From assembly GCA_039808805.1 (NCBI GenBank), contig JBDHTU010000001.1, positions 1-34,520 of the forward strand: 34,520 bases of DNA. Reading direction: 5' to 3'. This document shows positions 18,814 to 27,533 of this stretch, piece after piece (the first letter of the stretch is position 1; each line of letters begins with the position of its first letter). Origin of the DNA: Micavibrio sp. GTDB taxonomy: Bacteria > Pseudomonadota > Alphaproteobacteria > Micavibrionales > Micavibrionaceae. The translations under genes were made by a program, and so were the position numbers. The notes under the pieces are model-generated. The model did not search any database and had not been told where the DNA came from. It saw only the letters and a list, made by a program, of their open reading frames with translations.

Positions 18814-19973
18814 GCTGCGGCCTCCGTCTTCGTGATGCGGCGGTTCAGGCGTCGCGCCGCGTAAATCAGCGCGAGCATCACCACCCCGCCGCTGATCAGG
18901 CCGAGCCCGGTGTTCATCAGGCTGCCGAACACTTCGACATAGATGATGAAAATACGCACCGCGATGACAGTGATCGCCAGCGACACGATCCGCATATGAT
19001 GGCATTTCTGGCCGAGCCAGCCGATATACGCCCAGTAGCCGATGAAGGCGATGGCGGGCACGATGGCCTCACCCGGTATGGGAAGGATCAGAGGCAGCAC
19101 GAAGGCGACAAGGCTGACCGCCGCAAAGATCGCCCCCGCCTTCATGGTTTCATCCTGCCTGTAAAATCTGTGCAGCATGGCATTGGCGGCGATCCCGGCC
19201 AGGCCCAGTGCAATAATAATGAGGCCGTGGTCTGGCTGCAGGAAACTGTTGTGGTTTAGAAGATTGCCGAAACGGCTCGACGGCCACATGGCAAGGCTGG
19301 CGCTCGCCTGCGCGATCATCAGCAAAATTCCCGCCCGCACCGCCACGTCGCACAAGACGGGCCGCCAGCGCCGGAACAGCGTGATCGTCCCGTCACCCAC
19401 CAGCGCCAGCGGCATCAGCGCGACGATGCCGACAGCGACGGAAAGGCGGTAGCTGTCCGGAAGGCTGTCCAGGTTTTCCGCGGCGACAATATAAACCGTG
19501 ACAAGGAACGCCAGCATCCACGGCGCGGCGGTCATGTAGCCCCGCCCCATCAAAAGGAAATACGGCAGCGTGATCAAAAGCCAGAACAGCGCGGCATCGC
19601 CCGGCGTGCCTGTCATCTGGAACACCTGGCCGATCAGGATGATAAGCGTAAAGGTCAGGCCGAGAAAAACGAGCGCCGCACCTTCGCGCCACAGGTCGCG
19701 TCCCGTTCGCGCCGCCCACAGGGACACAGCGCCGGCCGCAGCATTGATCAGAAGATGCGCGCCGATTTTCACGCTGCCGGGAATTTCGTGCCAGTTGGCG
19801 GCGATGATGGACAGCACGCCCACGAGGATAGCGAACAGGGAAAGCCCAACAAGCCCCCGGCCGAACCGTCCGCCCTTGCGGCGTTCTTCATAGGCATGGA
19901 TGGAGTCGGCCTGCGCCTCGGTCATAAGACCCGCCGCCACCCATTCGCGCAATTTTTTATGACGGATTGTCAT
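18810..19973 (-). CDS. DUF2157-type polytopic membrane protein
   Basis: The N-terminal cytoplasmic helix is KLREWVAAGLMTEAQADSIHAY. About 10 TM helices follow. It is translationally coupled to the GDYXXLXY gene. Confidence 0.75.
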   Translation of the reverse strand: MTIRHKKLREWVAAGLMTEAQADSIHAYEERRKGGRFGRGLVGLSLFAILVGVLSIIAANWHEIPGSVKIGAHLLINAAAGAVSLWAARTGRDLWREGAALVFLGLTFTLIILIGQVFQMTGTPGDAALFWLLITLPYFLLMGRGYMTAAPWMLAFLVTVYIVAAENLDSLPDSYRLSVAVGIVALMPLALVGDGTITLFRRWRPVLCDVAVRAGILLMIAQASASLAMWPSSRFGNLLNHNSFLQPDHGLIIIALGLAGIAANAMLHRFYRQDETMKAGAIFAAVSLVAFVLPLILPIPGEAIVPAIAFIGYWAYIGWLGQKCHHMRIVSLAITVIAVRIFIIYVEVFGSLMNTGLGLISGGVVMLALIYAARRLNRRITKTEAAA

Positions 19974-20015
19974 GGCTTTGCAGTATAGGTGAAAACGGCC
20001 TGCACGGCCATAGAC

Positions 20016-22322
20016 TTACTGCACGGTTTCTTTCGCTGCAGGCACGGCCTTCCGGGGTTTTCCGGCCTTGTCGATATCGAAGGCGATTTTGTCGTCCTTC
20101 ACCTTGATATGCGCGGTGCCGCCCTCGGCCAGTTCGCCGAACAGGATTTCCTCGGCCAGCGGTTTTTTGACGTTTTCCTGGATCACGCGGGCGAGAGGCC
20201 GCGCGCCCATCGCGGGGTCGTACCCTTTGTGCGCCAGCCATTGCCGCGCCTCTTCCGAAAGCTGCAAGCCGACATTCTTTTCCGTGAGTTGGGCTTCCAG
20301 TTGCGCGATGAATTTGTCCACGACCCGCACCATCGTTTCCTGCGCCAGCGCCTTGAACGGGACAATGGCGTCGAGGCGGTTCCGGAACTCCGGCGTGAAC
20401 ATCTTGTTGATGGCTTCCTTGTCTTCGTCCACCCGCACAGACCGTTCGAACCCGATCGGCGCGCGGGCCAGTTCGGCGGCGCCCGCGTTGGTCGTCATGA
20501 TCAGGATGACATTGCGGAAATCGACCGTCTTGCCGTTGTTGTCGGTCAGCTTGCCGTAATCCATGACCTGCAGCAAAATATTGTAGATGTCCGGATGCGC
20601 TTTCTCGATCTCGTCGAGCAGGAGCACGCAATGCGGCTGCTGGTCGATCCGGTCGGTCAGAAGCCCGCCCTGATCGAAGCCGACATAGCCGGGCGGGGAG
20701 CCGATAAGACGTGAAATCGAATGCCGTTCCATGTATTCGGACATGTCGAACCGCGCGAGTTCGACGCCCATCGTTTTCGACAACTGCTTGGCGACCTCGG
20801 TCTTGCCGACGCCCGTGGGGCCGGAGAAAAGAAAGCATCCGATCGGCTTGTCCGCATCGCGCAATCCGGCGCGGGACAACTTGATCGCATCGACCAGCGT
20901 GTTGATCGCCTCGTCCTGGTCGAACACCAGCGTCTTGAGGTCGCGCTCAAGATTCTTGAGCACCGCCTTGTCGTCCTTGGACAGCGATTTCGCCGGGATG
21001 CGGGCGATGGCGGCGACCACGCCCTCGATATCGGCCGTGTCGATCACTTTTTTGCGCTTGTCCGCGGGAACCAGCATCTGCGCCGCGCCGACCTCGTCGA
21101 TGATATCGATCGCCTTGTCCGGCAGCTTGCGGTCGGCCATGTATTTGGCGGACAGTTCGACGGCGGCCTTGATGGCGTCGTCGGTGTAGGTCACGCCGTG
21201 ATGCTCCTCGTAATAGGATTTGAGGCCTTTCAGGATATCGATCGTCTCGTCGATCGTCGGCTCATAGACATCGATCTTCTGGAACCGGCGCACCAGCGCG
21301 CGGTCCTTCTCGAAATGATTGCGGTATTCCTTGTAGGTGGTGGAACCGATGCATTTCAGCGTGCCGTTGGAAAGCGACGGCTTCAAAAGATTCGATGCGT
21401 CCATCGCCCCGCCGCTGGTCGCGCCCGCGCCGATAACGGTGTGGATCTCGTCAATAAACAGCACCGCACCGTCCACCTTTTCCAGTTCGGCCAGAACCTG
21501 TTTGATACGTTCTTCGAAATCGCCGCGGTAGCGTGTCCCGGCCAGCAGCGCGCCCATATCCAGGGAATAAATGACGGCGTCTTTCAAAACGTCCGGCACG
21601 TCGCCTTCGACGATTTTCTTGGCAAGCCCTTCGGCGATGGCGGTCTTGCCGACGCCGGGGTCGCCGACATACAGCGGGTTGTTTTTGCTGCGGCGGCAGA
21701 GGATCTGGATCGTGCGATCCACTTCCTTCTGGCGGCCGATCAACGGGTCGATCTTTCCGGTCCGCGCCTTGTCGTTCAGGTTTTTGCAATAGGTCTTGAG
21801 CGCCTCGCCCGCACCCTTCGCGCCGGGGGCGGCGCTGTCCGCCTCCTCGTCCGCGCCGCGCGGGGCCTTGGTGTTGTCGTTGTGGCCCGGCACTTTGGCG
21901 ATGCCGTGGCTGATGTAATTGACGGCGTCGAACCGCGTCATGTCCTGTTCCTGCAGGAAATAAACCGCATGAGATTCGCGCTCTGAAAACAGCGCGACCA
22001 GCACATTCGCGCCGGTCACTTCCTCGCGGCCCGAAGACTGGACGTGGATCGCCGCCCGCTGCAGCACGCGCTGGAACGCCGTGGTGGGCTTGGCTTCTTC
22101 GCCTTCCGGCGCGGTGAGATAGCCGAGTTCATGGTCCAGATACTGCTCCAGCTGCTCGCGCAGGTCGCCCATTGAAATCCCGCAGGACCGCAGCACGGCC
22201 ATCGCGTCCTGATCCTCGATCAGGGCCAGCAGCAAATGCTCCAGCGTCGCATATTCGTGGTTGCGCTGGTTGGCGGCGGCCAGCGCGCGGTGCAGGGTCT
22301 GTTCGAGATTGCGTGAGAGCAT
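20016..22322 (-). CDS. clpA: ATP-dependent Clp protease ATP-binding subunit ClpA
   Basis: The N-domain begins [34 protein letters not shown]. The two Walker A motifs are GDPGVGKT and GPTGVGKT. Further motifs are [11 protein letters not shown] and [11 protein letters not shown]. Confidence 0.98.
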   Translation of the reverse strand: MLSRNLEQTLHRALAAANQRNHEYATLEHLLLALIEDQDAMAVLRSCGISMGDLREQLEQYLDHELGYLTAPEGEEAKPTTAFQRVLQRAAIHVQSSGREEVTGANVLVALFSERESHAVYFLQEQDMTRFDAVNYISHGIAKVPGHNDNTKAPRGADEEADSAAPGAKGAGEALKTYCKNLNDKARTGKIDPLIGRQKEVDRTIQILCRRSKNNPLYVGDPGVGKTAIAEGLAKKIVEGDVPDVLKDAVIYSLDMGALLAGTRYRGDFEERIKQVLAELEKVDGAVLFIDEIHTVIGAGATSGGAMDASNLLKPSLSNGTLKCIGSTTYKEYRNHFEKDRALVRRFQKIDVYEPTIDETIDILKGLKSYYEEHHGVTYTDDAIKAAVELSAKYMADRKLPDKAIDIIDEVGAAQMLVPADKRKKVIDTADIEGVVAAIARIPAKSLSKDDKAVLKNLERDLKTLVFDQDEAINTLVDAIKLSRAGLRDADKPIGCFLFSGPTGVGKTEVAKQLSKTMGVELARFDMSEYMERHSISRLIGSPPGYVGFDQGGLLTDRIDQQPHCVLLLDEIEKAHPDIYNILLQVMDYGKLTDNNGKTVDFRNVILIMTTNAGAAELARAPIGFERSVRVDEDKEAINKMFTPEFRNRLDAIVPFKALAQETMVRVVDKFIAQLEAQLTEKNVGLQLSEEARQWLAHKGYDPAMGARPLARVIQENVKKPLAEEILFGELAEGGTAHIKVKDDKIAFDIDKAGKPRKAVPAAKETVQ

Positions 22323-22323
22323 A

Positions 22324-22551
22324 TTATATACCGAGCCTCCAACATTCTTGCCGTATTTCGGCTTCTAACGCTCGCCGGGAAATCTCATTGCTTTTTTTCC
22401 TTTCCTCCAGCATCAACCGTTGAATATCGGGCATTACATCACGGACGGACATTACATCACGGATGAAATTGTCCGGGTATTCAACTGCCGCTCCGGTAGC
22501 CTGATCCATAGCTGTTTTTAGATAGAGCAGTTTTTTAAATTCATCACTCAT
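22324..22551 (-). CDS. Hypothetical 75-aa helical protein wedged between clpS and clpA
   Basis: The ATG lies 3 nt after the clpS stop, with GAAGGAA upstream. Its TAA lies 1 nt before the clpA ATG. It contains an in-frame 18-nt tandem duplication (RDVMSV/RDVMPD). By eye it is visibly more A/T-rich than its neighbours. Confidence 0.55.
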   Translation of the reverse strand: MSDEFKKLLYLKTAMDQATGAAVEYPDNFIRDVMSVRDVMPDIQRLMLEERKKSNEISRRALEAEIRQECWRLGI

Positions 22552-22554
22552 GAT

Positions 22555-22983
22555 CTATTCCTTCTCCATCGTGCATTGCAGCGGCTGTTCGTTGGCGCGG
22601 GCGAAATCCATGACCTGCGCGACCTTGGTTTCCGCGACCTCATAGGTGAAAATGCCACAGACGCCGACGCCGCGGCGATGGACATGCAGCATGATATCGG
22701 TCGATTCCTGCCGGTTCTTGTTGAAAAACCGCTCCAGGATATGCACAACGAATTCCATCGGCGTGTAATCGTCGTTCAGCAGCAAAACCTTGTACATGGA
22801 CGGCTTCTTGGTCTTGGGCCGCGGCTTGAGCAATACGCCCGTCTGGCGCTCGCGCTCCTGGTCGTTGCCGCCGTTCTCGCCGCCCGGCGGCGGCAGGGCG
22901 AGCGGTTCGCCGTCGTCCATGCGGGGGCGAAAGTCAGCGGAAATCGGGGCTGGCGCCTGGGTCATACTGCTTAAAAAATCCAT
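22555..22983 (-). CDS. clpS: ATP-dependent Clp protease adaptor ClpS
   Basis: The core is [25 protein letters not shown] ... [24 protein letters not shown]. The length of the N-terminal extension is uncertain; an alternative start is MTQAP at 22965. Confidence 0.93.
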   Translation of the reverse strand: MDFLSSMTQAPAPISADFRPRMDDGEPLALPPPGGENGGNDQERERQTGVLLKPRPKTKKPSMYKVLLLNDDYTPMEFVVHILERFFNKNRQESTDIMLHVHRRGVGVCGIFTYEVAETKVAQVMDFARANEQPLQCTMEKE

Positions 22984-23071
22984 GGGTCATTTTATCAAAA
23001 AGGGCCTGAGTGGAAAAGAATATAGTACCGCGGCGCGCCGATTGAAAGCCGCCACAGCCCGTCCGGCCAAC

Positions 23072-23102
23072 AAAAAACCCCGCCGGAGGGGGCGGGGTTT
23101 TT
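23072..23102. terminator. Bidirectional rho-independent terminator (A6-CCCCGCC-loop-GGCGGGG-T5)
   Basis: A perfect 7-bp GC stem is flanked by A and T runs. It lies 16 nt after the phasin stop and separates that gene from the clpS operon. Confidence 0.85.
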
Positions 23103-23117
23103 AAAATTTCCGCGTGA

Positions 23118-23648
23118 TTAAGCGGCCATCGTGTCCGTGGCGCGCTTGATGGTTTTGCCCATCTGGTCGTTGATCGGCTCGAACGCGTCGGTACAGACCT
23201 TCACGGCTTTTTCAGAAATGCGCGTGGCGTTCGTCATGAATTCGTCAAAGCTGGCCTGCGCCAGTTTGGTCTGGATGTCCGTGAATTCATTCAGCGTCTT
23301 GCAGGCCATCACCGTCTTGGCGGCGGACTGGCTCTTTTCGCCGGCTTCCTGCGCGATTTCCATACAGGTTTTCATGATGTCTTCCAGACCTTTGGCAAAG
23401 ATCGTGGAGGACTTCATCATGGCATCGACCTGGTCCTGGCCGAGGACGGCGGCGTCTTGAGCGATTTTTTCGAATTGTTTGTTGTTGTTCAGCATCGTCG
23501 GTGTCTCCATTTTAAAGGGCTGGAATTGCGGGAAGCCCTTGGTGAAGGCAGCAAGGTTCAAAGGCGCGATTGCCGGTTTCGTGTTTTTCAAAACCGCCGC
23601 GGCCGTCTTTTTGGCTACGGTTTTCTTCTTCTTTGCTTTAGCTGCCAT
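23118..23648 (-). CDS. Phasin-family protein with a lysine-rich N-terminal extension
   Basis: The phasin-like helical body is NNKQFEKIAQDAAVLGQDQVDAMMKSSTIFAKGLEDI ... NEFTDIQTKLAQASFDEF. The ATG at 23648 has AGGAGG 5 nt upstream. That supports the long form, which begins MAAKAKKKKTVAKKTAAAVLK. Confidence 0.8.
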   Translation of the reverse strand: MAAKAKKKKTVAKKTAAAVLKNTKPAIAPLNLAAFTKGFPQFQPFKMETPTMLNNNKQFEKIAQDAAVLGQDQVDAMMKSSTIFAKGLEDIMKTCMEIAQEAGEKSQSAAKTVMACKTLNEFTDIQTKLAQASFDEFMTNATRISEKAVKVCTDAFEPINDQMGKTIKRATDTMAA

Positions 23649-23682
23649 CTCGGCCTCCTATTAGGTTGCTTTTTGTCATAAA

Positions 23683-23699
23683 TTTTTGCAACGCACAAA
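23683..23699. promoter_or_regulatory. Putative operator palindrome TTTTTGC-AAC-GCACAAA upstream of the phasin gene
   Basis: This is a 7-nt inverted repeat with one mismatch and a 3-nt spacer. It lies 35 nt upstream of the phasin ATG. It has the same TGC-N3-GCA core as the second site. Confidence 0.45.
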
Positions 23700-23737
23700 T
23701 CACCCTATCAGCAAAACGTACAAGCGTCAAATGTTTT

Positions 23738-23754
23738 TTTGTGCGGTGCACAAA
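23738..23754. promoter_or_regulatory. Putative operator palindrome TTTGTGC-GGT-GCACAAA upstream of the phasin gene
   Basis: This is a perfect 7-nt inverted repeat with a 3-nt spacer. It lies 90 nt upstream of the phasin ATG, in the AT-rich divergent intergenic region. Confidence 0.5.
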
Positions 23755-23837
23755 TTAGCATTTACGGTTGGGTTTATAGACAGGGAAAACTTTGTTGTTT
23801 AAACTACGAAGCGGGTTTACTCGCGTGAAATTATCGG

Positions 23838-25535
23838 ATGAAATTAGGGTCTTTTCAATCATCTTCTTCTAAGATGTTAACAAATATAAAACTGGCTTCG
23901 GACAGACCCGCATCAACGGTCCGCAAGTCCCCGGGAGAACAGGTTTTGCAGCGCATCGTTTCAGCCATGCTGATCTTTTGCATCGCCCTTGCTTTTCCTT
24001 ATGAAAGCTCGGCCGCGACCAAAAAGAAAAGTTCGGGAGGAAATCCCAAATACGCCTCCATCGTCATCGATGCCGCGTCGGGAACGGTTTTGTCCGAAAG
24101 CAATGCGGACAAATCCCTGCATCCCGCCTCGCTGACCAAGGTCATGACGCTGCTGATGCTGTTCGAAGCGCTGGAAAACGGCAATGTCCGCCTGAACGAC
24201 AAGATCTTCATATCCAAGCATGCCGCGGCCCAGCAGCCGAGCAAGCTCGGCATTGCCGCCGGCGGCTCGATCCGCGTGGAGGACGCCATCCTTGCGGTGG
24301 TGACCAAATCGGCCAATGACATTGCGACCGCCATCGGCGAACATCTTGCCGGGTCCGAAGGACGCTTCGCCCTTCGCATGACGCGCCGCGCCCATGATAT
24401 CGGCATGTCCCGCACCACGTTCCGCAACGCCTCCGGCCTTCACGATCCCGGCCAGGTGACCAGCGCCCGCGACATGGCGATCCTCGCCCGCTATATCCTG
24501 TTCCGCTATCCGAACTACTACCGTTATTTCGGCACGAAACAGTTCACCTACCGCGGCAAGACGATGACCAACCACAACCGCCTGATGAACTCCTATCCCG
24601 GCATGGACGGCTTCAAGACGGGGTTCATCAACGCGTCGGGCTTCAACCTGATCGCGTCCGCAAAGCAGGACGGCCGCCGCCTGATCGGCGTGGTCTTCGG
24701 CGGGCGCAGCTGGAAGACCCGGAATGACCATATGGCCGTGCTGCTGAACACCGGTTTTTCCAAGGCCCGCGATATCCGCTATGCGCAGGAACGCTCCGGC
24801 AACGGCGCAGGCGTCGCGGTAGCAGCCGCCCCGGTCCAGCCGCCGATGCCGCTCCCGACACCGAAACCGGTTCTCAAACCCACGGCCAATACGCTCCAGC
24901 TTCCTGAGCAGCGTGTTATTGCGGCGGCCCCAACCCCGCCGCCCGGGAATTTCACGTCTCTGTCCTCGCTGGAAACAGGGCGCAAGCTGGTGCTGGATAC
25001 GGCCCTGCCGCCGCCGCAAAACCAGGTGACCGCACAGGCCGTCGCCAATGCCCAGCGCGCGATCGACAGCGGGGAATACAGCGAACTGACCGGCGAAGGG
25101 GATTACGATCCCGGCACGGCCCGCCGCGTCGAAACCGGGCTGATCGCCGCCGCGGTCTATAAAGGGGAACATGACCGTGTCGAACAGATTCAACAGGCCG
25201 CCCGCCCGCCTGCCGCACCTGCGGCAACCGCGCCCGGCGGACAAGCGCAGCATATCCTGACCGTGCCCGCCGCCGCGGTCCAGCCGCAACCCGCCCCGTC
25301 GGACCTGTGGTCGGTGCAGATCGGCGCCTACAACAGCCGCGTCGCCACGGACGATGCGCTGCGCCAGGCGATCGGCCGCCTCCCGCCCGCATTGGCCCAT
25401 GCCAGCCCGCAGGTCGTCCCGCTGAACACCGCAGAAGGAACGCTCTTCCGCGCCCGCCTCGGCAACTTCACGCAGGAACAGGCTTCCGCCGCCTGCCGTT
25501 ATTTCCGCGACTGCCTGCCTGTTTCGCCGCGCTAG
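23838..25535 (+). CDS. Serine-type D-Ala-D-Ala carboxypeptidase (PBP5/6, S11 family) with Pro-rich linker and C-terminal SPOR domain
   Basis: The active-site motifs are SxxK in PASLTKVMT, SxN in KSANDIA and KTG in FKTGFI. The C-terminal WSVQIGAYNSRVATDDAL ... FRARLGNF matches a SPOR fold. The exact start is uncertain (23838 or 23874). Confidence 0.9.
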   Translation: MKLGSFQSSSSKMLTNIKLASDRPASTVRKSPGEQVLQRIVSAMLIFCIALAFPYESSAATKKKSSGGNPKYASIVIDAASGTVLSESNADKSLHPASLTKVMTLLMLFEALENGNVRLNDKIFISKHAAAQQPSKLGIAAGGSIRVEDAILAVVTKSANDIATAIGEHLAGSEGRFALRMTRRAHDIGMSRTTFRNASGLHDPGQVTSARDMAILARYILFRYPNYYRYFGTKQFTYRGKTMTNHNRLMNSYPGMDGFKTGFINASGFNLIASAKQDGRRLIGVVFGGRSWKTRNDHMAVLLNTGFSKARDIRYAQERSGNGAGVAVAAAPVQPPMPLPTPKPVLKPTANTLQLPEQRVIAAAPTPPPGNFTSLSSLETGRKLVLDTALPPPQNQVTAQAVANAQRAIDSGEYSELTGEGDYDPGTARRVETGLIAAAVYKGEHDRVEQIQQAARPPAAPAATAPGGQAQHILTVPAAAVQPQPAPSDLWSVQIGAYNSRVATDDALRQAIGRLPPALAHASPQVVPLNTAEGTLFRARLGNFTQEQASAACRYFRDCLPVSPR

Positions 25536-25545
25536 GGAGGCCCGG

Positions 25546-26244
25546 ATGTCACACCCATCCCCGCGCGCCGGAAATATCCTGATCTATCTTCTGGGGGCGA
25601 TTTTCCTGCTCGGCATCCTGCTGGCGCTGCTGCGCGGCAGTTTCCAGGAAGGCACCTCGGTCGATTCGGACAAGCTTTCCCTGAAGGTTTCGGAAGTGCA
25701 GCGCTACGCCGCTGAAATGGCGCGCGGGGTGAATTACATCCTGCAGAACGGCGCCAGCGAATCACAGCTTCTTTTTGCCGTTCCGACGGACAACAGCACG
25801 CCGTACGGGGACATCGCCACCACCCCGCCCTACCAGCTTTTTTCGCCGAAAGGCGGCGGCGTCGAATACAAGGCGCCCACCGCAGGGATCAATGACGGCA
25901 CCGCGTGGCAGTTTTTTGCAACGACACACATCGAAGATTTGGGCACGGACACGCATGCCGAAAGCAAGGCCGAACTGATCGCCGTCCTGCCCAACGTCAC
26001 CGAATCCTTTTGCCTGCGGATGAATCTTGCTATCGGTCAGGCCATAGATCTGGAAGAAGACACGGACGACTCCAGCGAAGGCTGCGTCTATGAACCGGGG
26101 TCGGAATTCAACGGCACTTACGCGTCCGGAACCGCAACCAATCTCCTGACCTCTGCTGAAATTCCGCGCCACCCGGCCACCGAACTTTGCGTCAGGTGTT
26201 CGACCGGCAACCTGCATTATTACCGGGTCCTGCTGGCGCGCTGA
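25546..26244 (+). CDS. Hypothetical N-terminally anchored periplasmic protein with 4 Cys
   Basis: GGGAGG lies 6 nt upstream, and the gene starts 10 nt after the carboxypeptidase stop. The TM helix is ILIYLLGAIFLLGILLALL. The cysteines sit at FCLRMN, EGCVYE and ELCVRCS. Confidence 0.6.
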   Translation: MSHPSPRAGNILIYLLGAIFLLGILLALLRGSFQEGTSVDSDKLSLKVSEVQRYAAEMARGVNYILQNGASESQLLFAVPTDNSTPYGDIATTPPYQLFSPKGGGVEYKAPTAGINDGTAWQFFATTHIEDLGTDTHAESKAELIAVLPNVTESFCLRMNLAIGQAIDLEEDTDDSSEGCVYEPGSEFNGTYASGTATNLLTSAEIPRHPATELCVRCSTGNLHYYRVLLAR

Positions 26245-26248
26245 TCGC

Positions 26249-26788
26249 TTATTTGTTGATCAAAGGCTCCATGGCGGGCAGTGAATTGGCGCTGCGGGTC
26301 ATGTATTTGCTGATGTCATAGGTGACGGGGAGCGCGTAGCTGTTGCTGGAAAGAAGCTGCGCCCGCTGTCCGCGCTCATGCAGGTAGAGCTTGACCTGCA
26401 TCGTCCCGTCCTTGATTTCATAGGTGCCGGACACTTCGTTGTACCCGCCGCCCGCATGCATCGTGTCGACAACGTTGTAGCCGAGCTGTGAAAACCGCTC
26501 GCGGATCTGGCCGCCGATAACCTGTCCCACTTTCGGGCTGGTGGTCACGGTTTTCTGGCGCGTGTCCGGAATTTCCTGAAGGTCTGAAACGAGCAGCGGC
26601 GTTTGCGGCAGCAGACGCTTGCCGGCGCGCTGGGCGAGGATTTCAGCCGCCGCGTAGGACGAATTGGTCAGGTTGACCCGCTTTTGCGCGATGATGCCGG
26701 GTGTGGCGACGCCCATCATCACGACCTCGCACCCGCCAAGCGCCACGGCGGCGCTCAGGGCAAGGACGCAAAGCGACGGGCGCAGCAT
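26249..26788 (-). CDS. Lipoprotein, possibly with a FlgO/LpoB-like fold
   Basis: The lipobox is VALGGC. A pattern follows of helix AAEILAQRAG, strand PLLVSDLQ, and then IGGQIRERFSQLGYNVVD. Confidence 0.65.
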   Translation of the reverse strand: MLRPSLCVLALSAAVALGGCEVVMMGVATPGIIAQKRVNLTNSSYAAAEILAQRAGKRLLPQTPLLVSDLQEIPDTRQKTVTTSPKVGQVIGGQIRERFSQLGYNVVDTMHAGGGYNEVSGTYEIKDGTMQVKLYLHERGQRAQLLSSNSYALPVTYDISKYMTRSANSLPAMEPLINK

Positions 26789-26794
26789 GAGCCT

Positions 26795-27418
26795 TTATTC
26801 CTGAAAGTTTCCGCCGGGGCCGGTCGGTTCCGGGATGAACGTGCCGGGGAAGGAGGCGAAGCGGACGTTGAGTTTTTCCGCGCCCTGAATGTAGAAGTCG
26901 CCGCTTTCCTGCGTGAGCATCCGGCTGTCTTCGCCGACCTTGTCATGCACGTGCAGCGTGATGCGCACGTTCGGGGACGTGTCGCCCGGCTGTACGGGTT
27001 CGGCTTTCAGCATCTCGGCATTGTAGGTGAACGCATAGGCATCGTCGGGCGTGTCCGCAAGGCGGTAGCCGACATGGCGCAGCGATTCGCGCAGGTCGTT
27101 GTCGAGGTTGGCATAGAACGGCGTCATCGGCTCGGGCTTGACCACATAGACCGGCTTCGGCGGCAGACCGGCGCGGGTCGTCAGCGTATCGACAAGCTGG
27201 TAGACCGACATGCGGAACTGTTCGGCCTGTTCAGGCCCCATGGTGGAGCGCTGCAATTCCGTGAATTTCGGCGATTCCGGCGGGTTCGGGGATTTGTACG
27301 GATCGTCGTGGTAGGCGTAGCCCTTCGGGATGGCGTTCGGGCTGCAGGCGGCGAGGCCCAGCGCGGCAACGCAGGAAGACAGGACAAGGGCGGAGAGTTT
27401 GGATTTCTTGTGAAGCAT
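26795..27418 (-). CDS. Lipoprotein, hypothetical
   Basis: The start is taken at MLHKKSKLSALVLSSCVAALGLAAC, which carries the lipobox LAAC. It shares the ...LRESLRHVGYRLAD element with the downstream lipoprotein. The gap to the next gene is 6 nt. Confidence 0.65.
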   Translation of the reverse strand: MLHKKSKLSALVLSSCVAALGLAACSPNAIPKGYAYHDDPYKSPNPPESPKFTELQRSTMGPEQAEQFRMSVYQLVDTLTTRAGLPPKPVYVVKPEPMTPFYANLDNDLRESLRHVGYRLADTPDDAYAFTYNAEMLKAEPVQPGDTSPNVRITLHVHDKVGEDSRMLTQESGDFYIQGAEKLNVRFASFPGTFIPEPTGPGGNFQE

Positions 27419-27533
27419 GGGGGACGATCCGTGAATAAGGATGTTGCAAATCAAAGACCCGGCCAGTCTACCAAGGATCGGATTGCCCGTATAGAGTCTT
27501 TGGGAAACAATCCCTTAGGCTTTTTGGCCGCCG

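Noticed and set aside
19957-21986. ORFs 19957-20838 (-), 19989-20714 (+) and 20721-21986 (+)
   Set aside because: They are out of frame or antisense to clpA, whose frame carries both Walker A motifs. Their composition is biased toward R/G/P/D.
23961-25400. 479-aa minus-strand ORF
   Set aside because: It lies antisense to the DD-carboxypeptidase/SPOR gene, which has SxxK, SxN and KTG in the plus frame.
25546-26244. Possible type IV pilin or pseudopilin, suggested by an N-terminal hydrophobic helix followed by a helical stretch and C-terminal cysteines
   Set aside because: There is no G-(F/M)-T-L-x-E prepilin cleavage signature and no Glu at +5. There are no pilus or secretion assembly genes nearby. 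I kept it only as a hypothetical anchored periplasmic protein.
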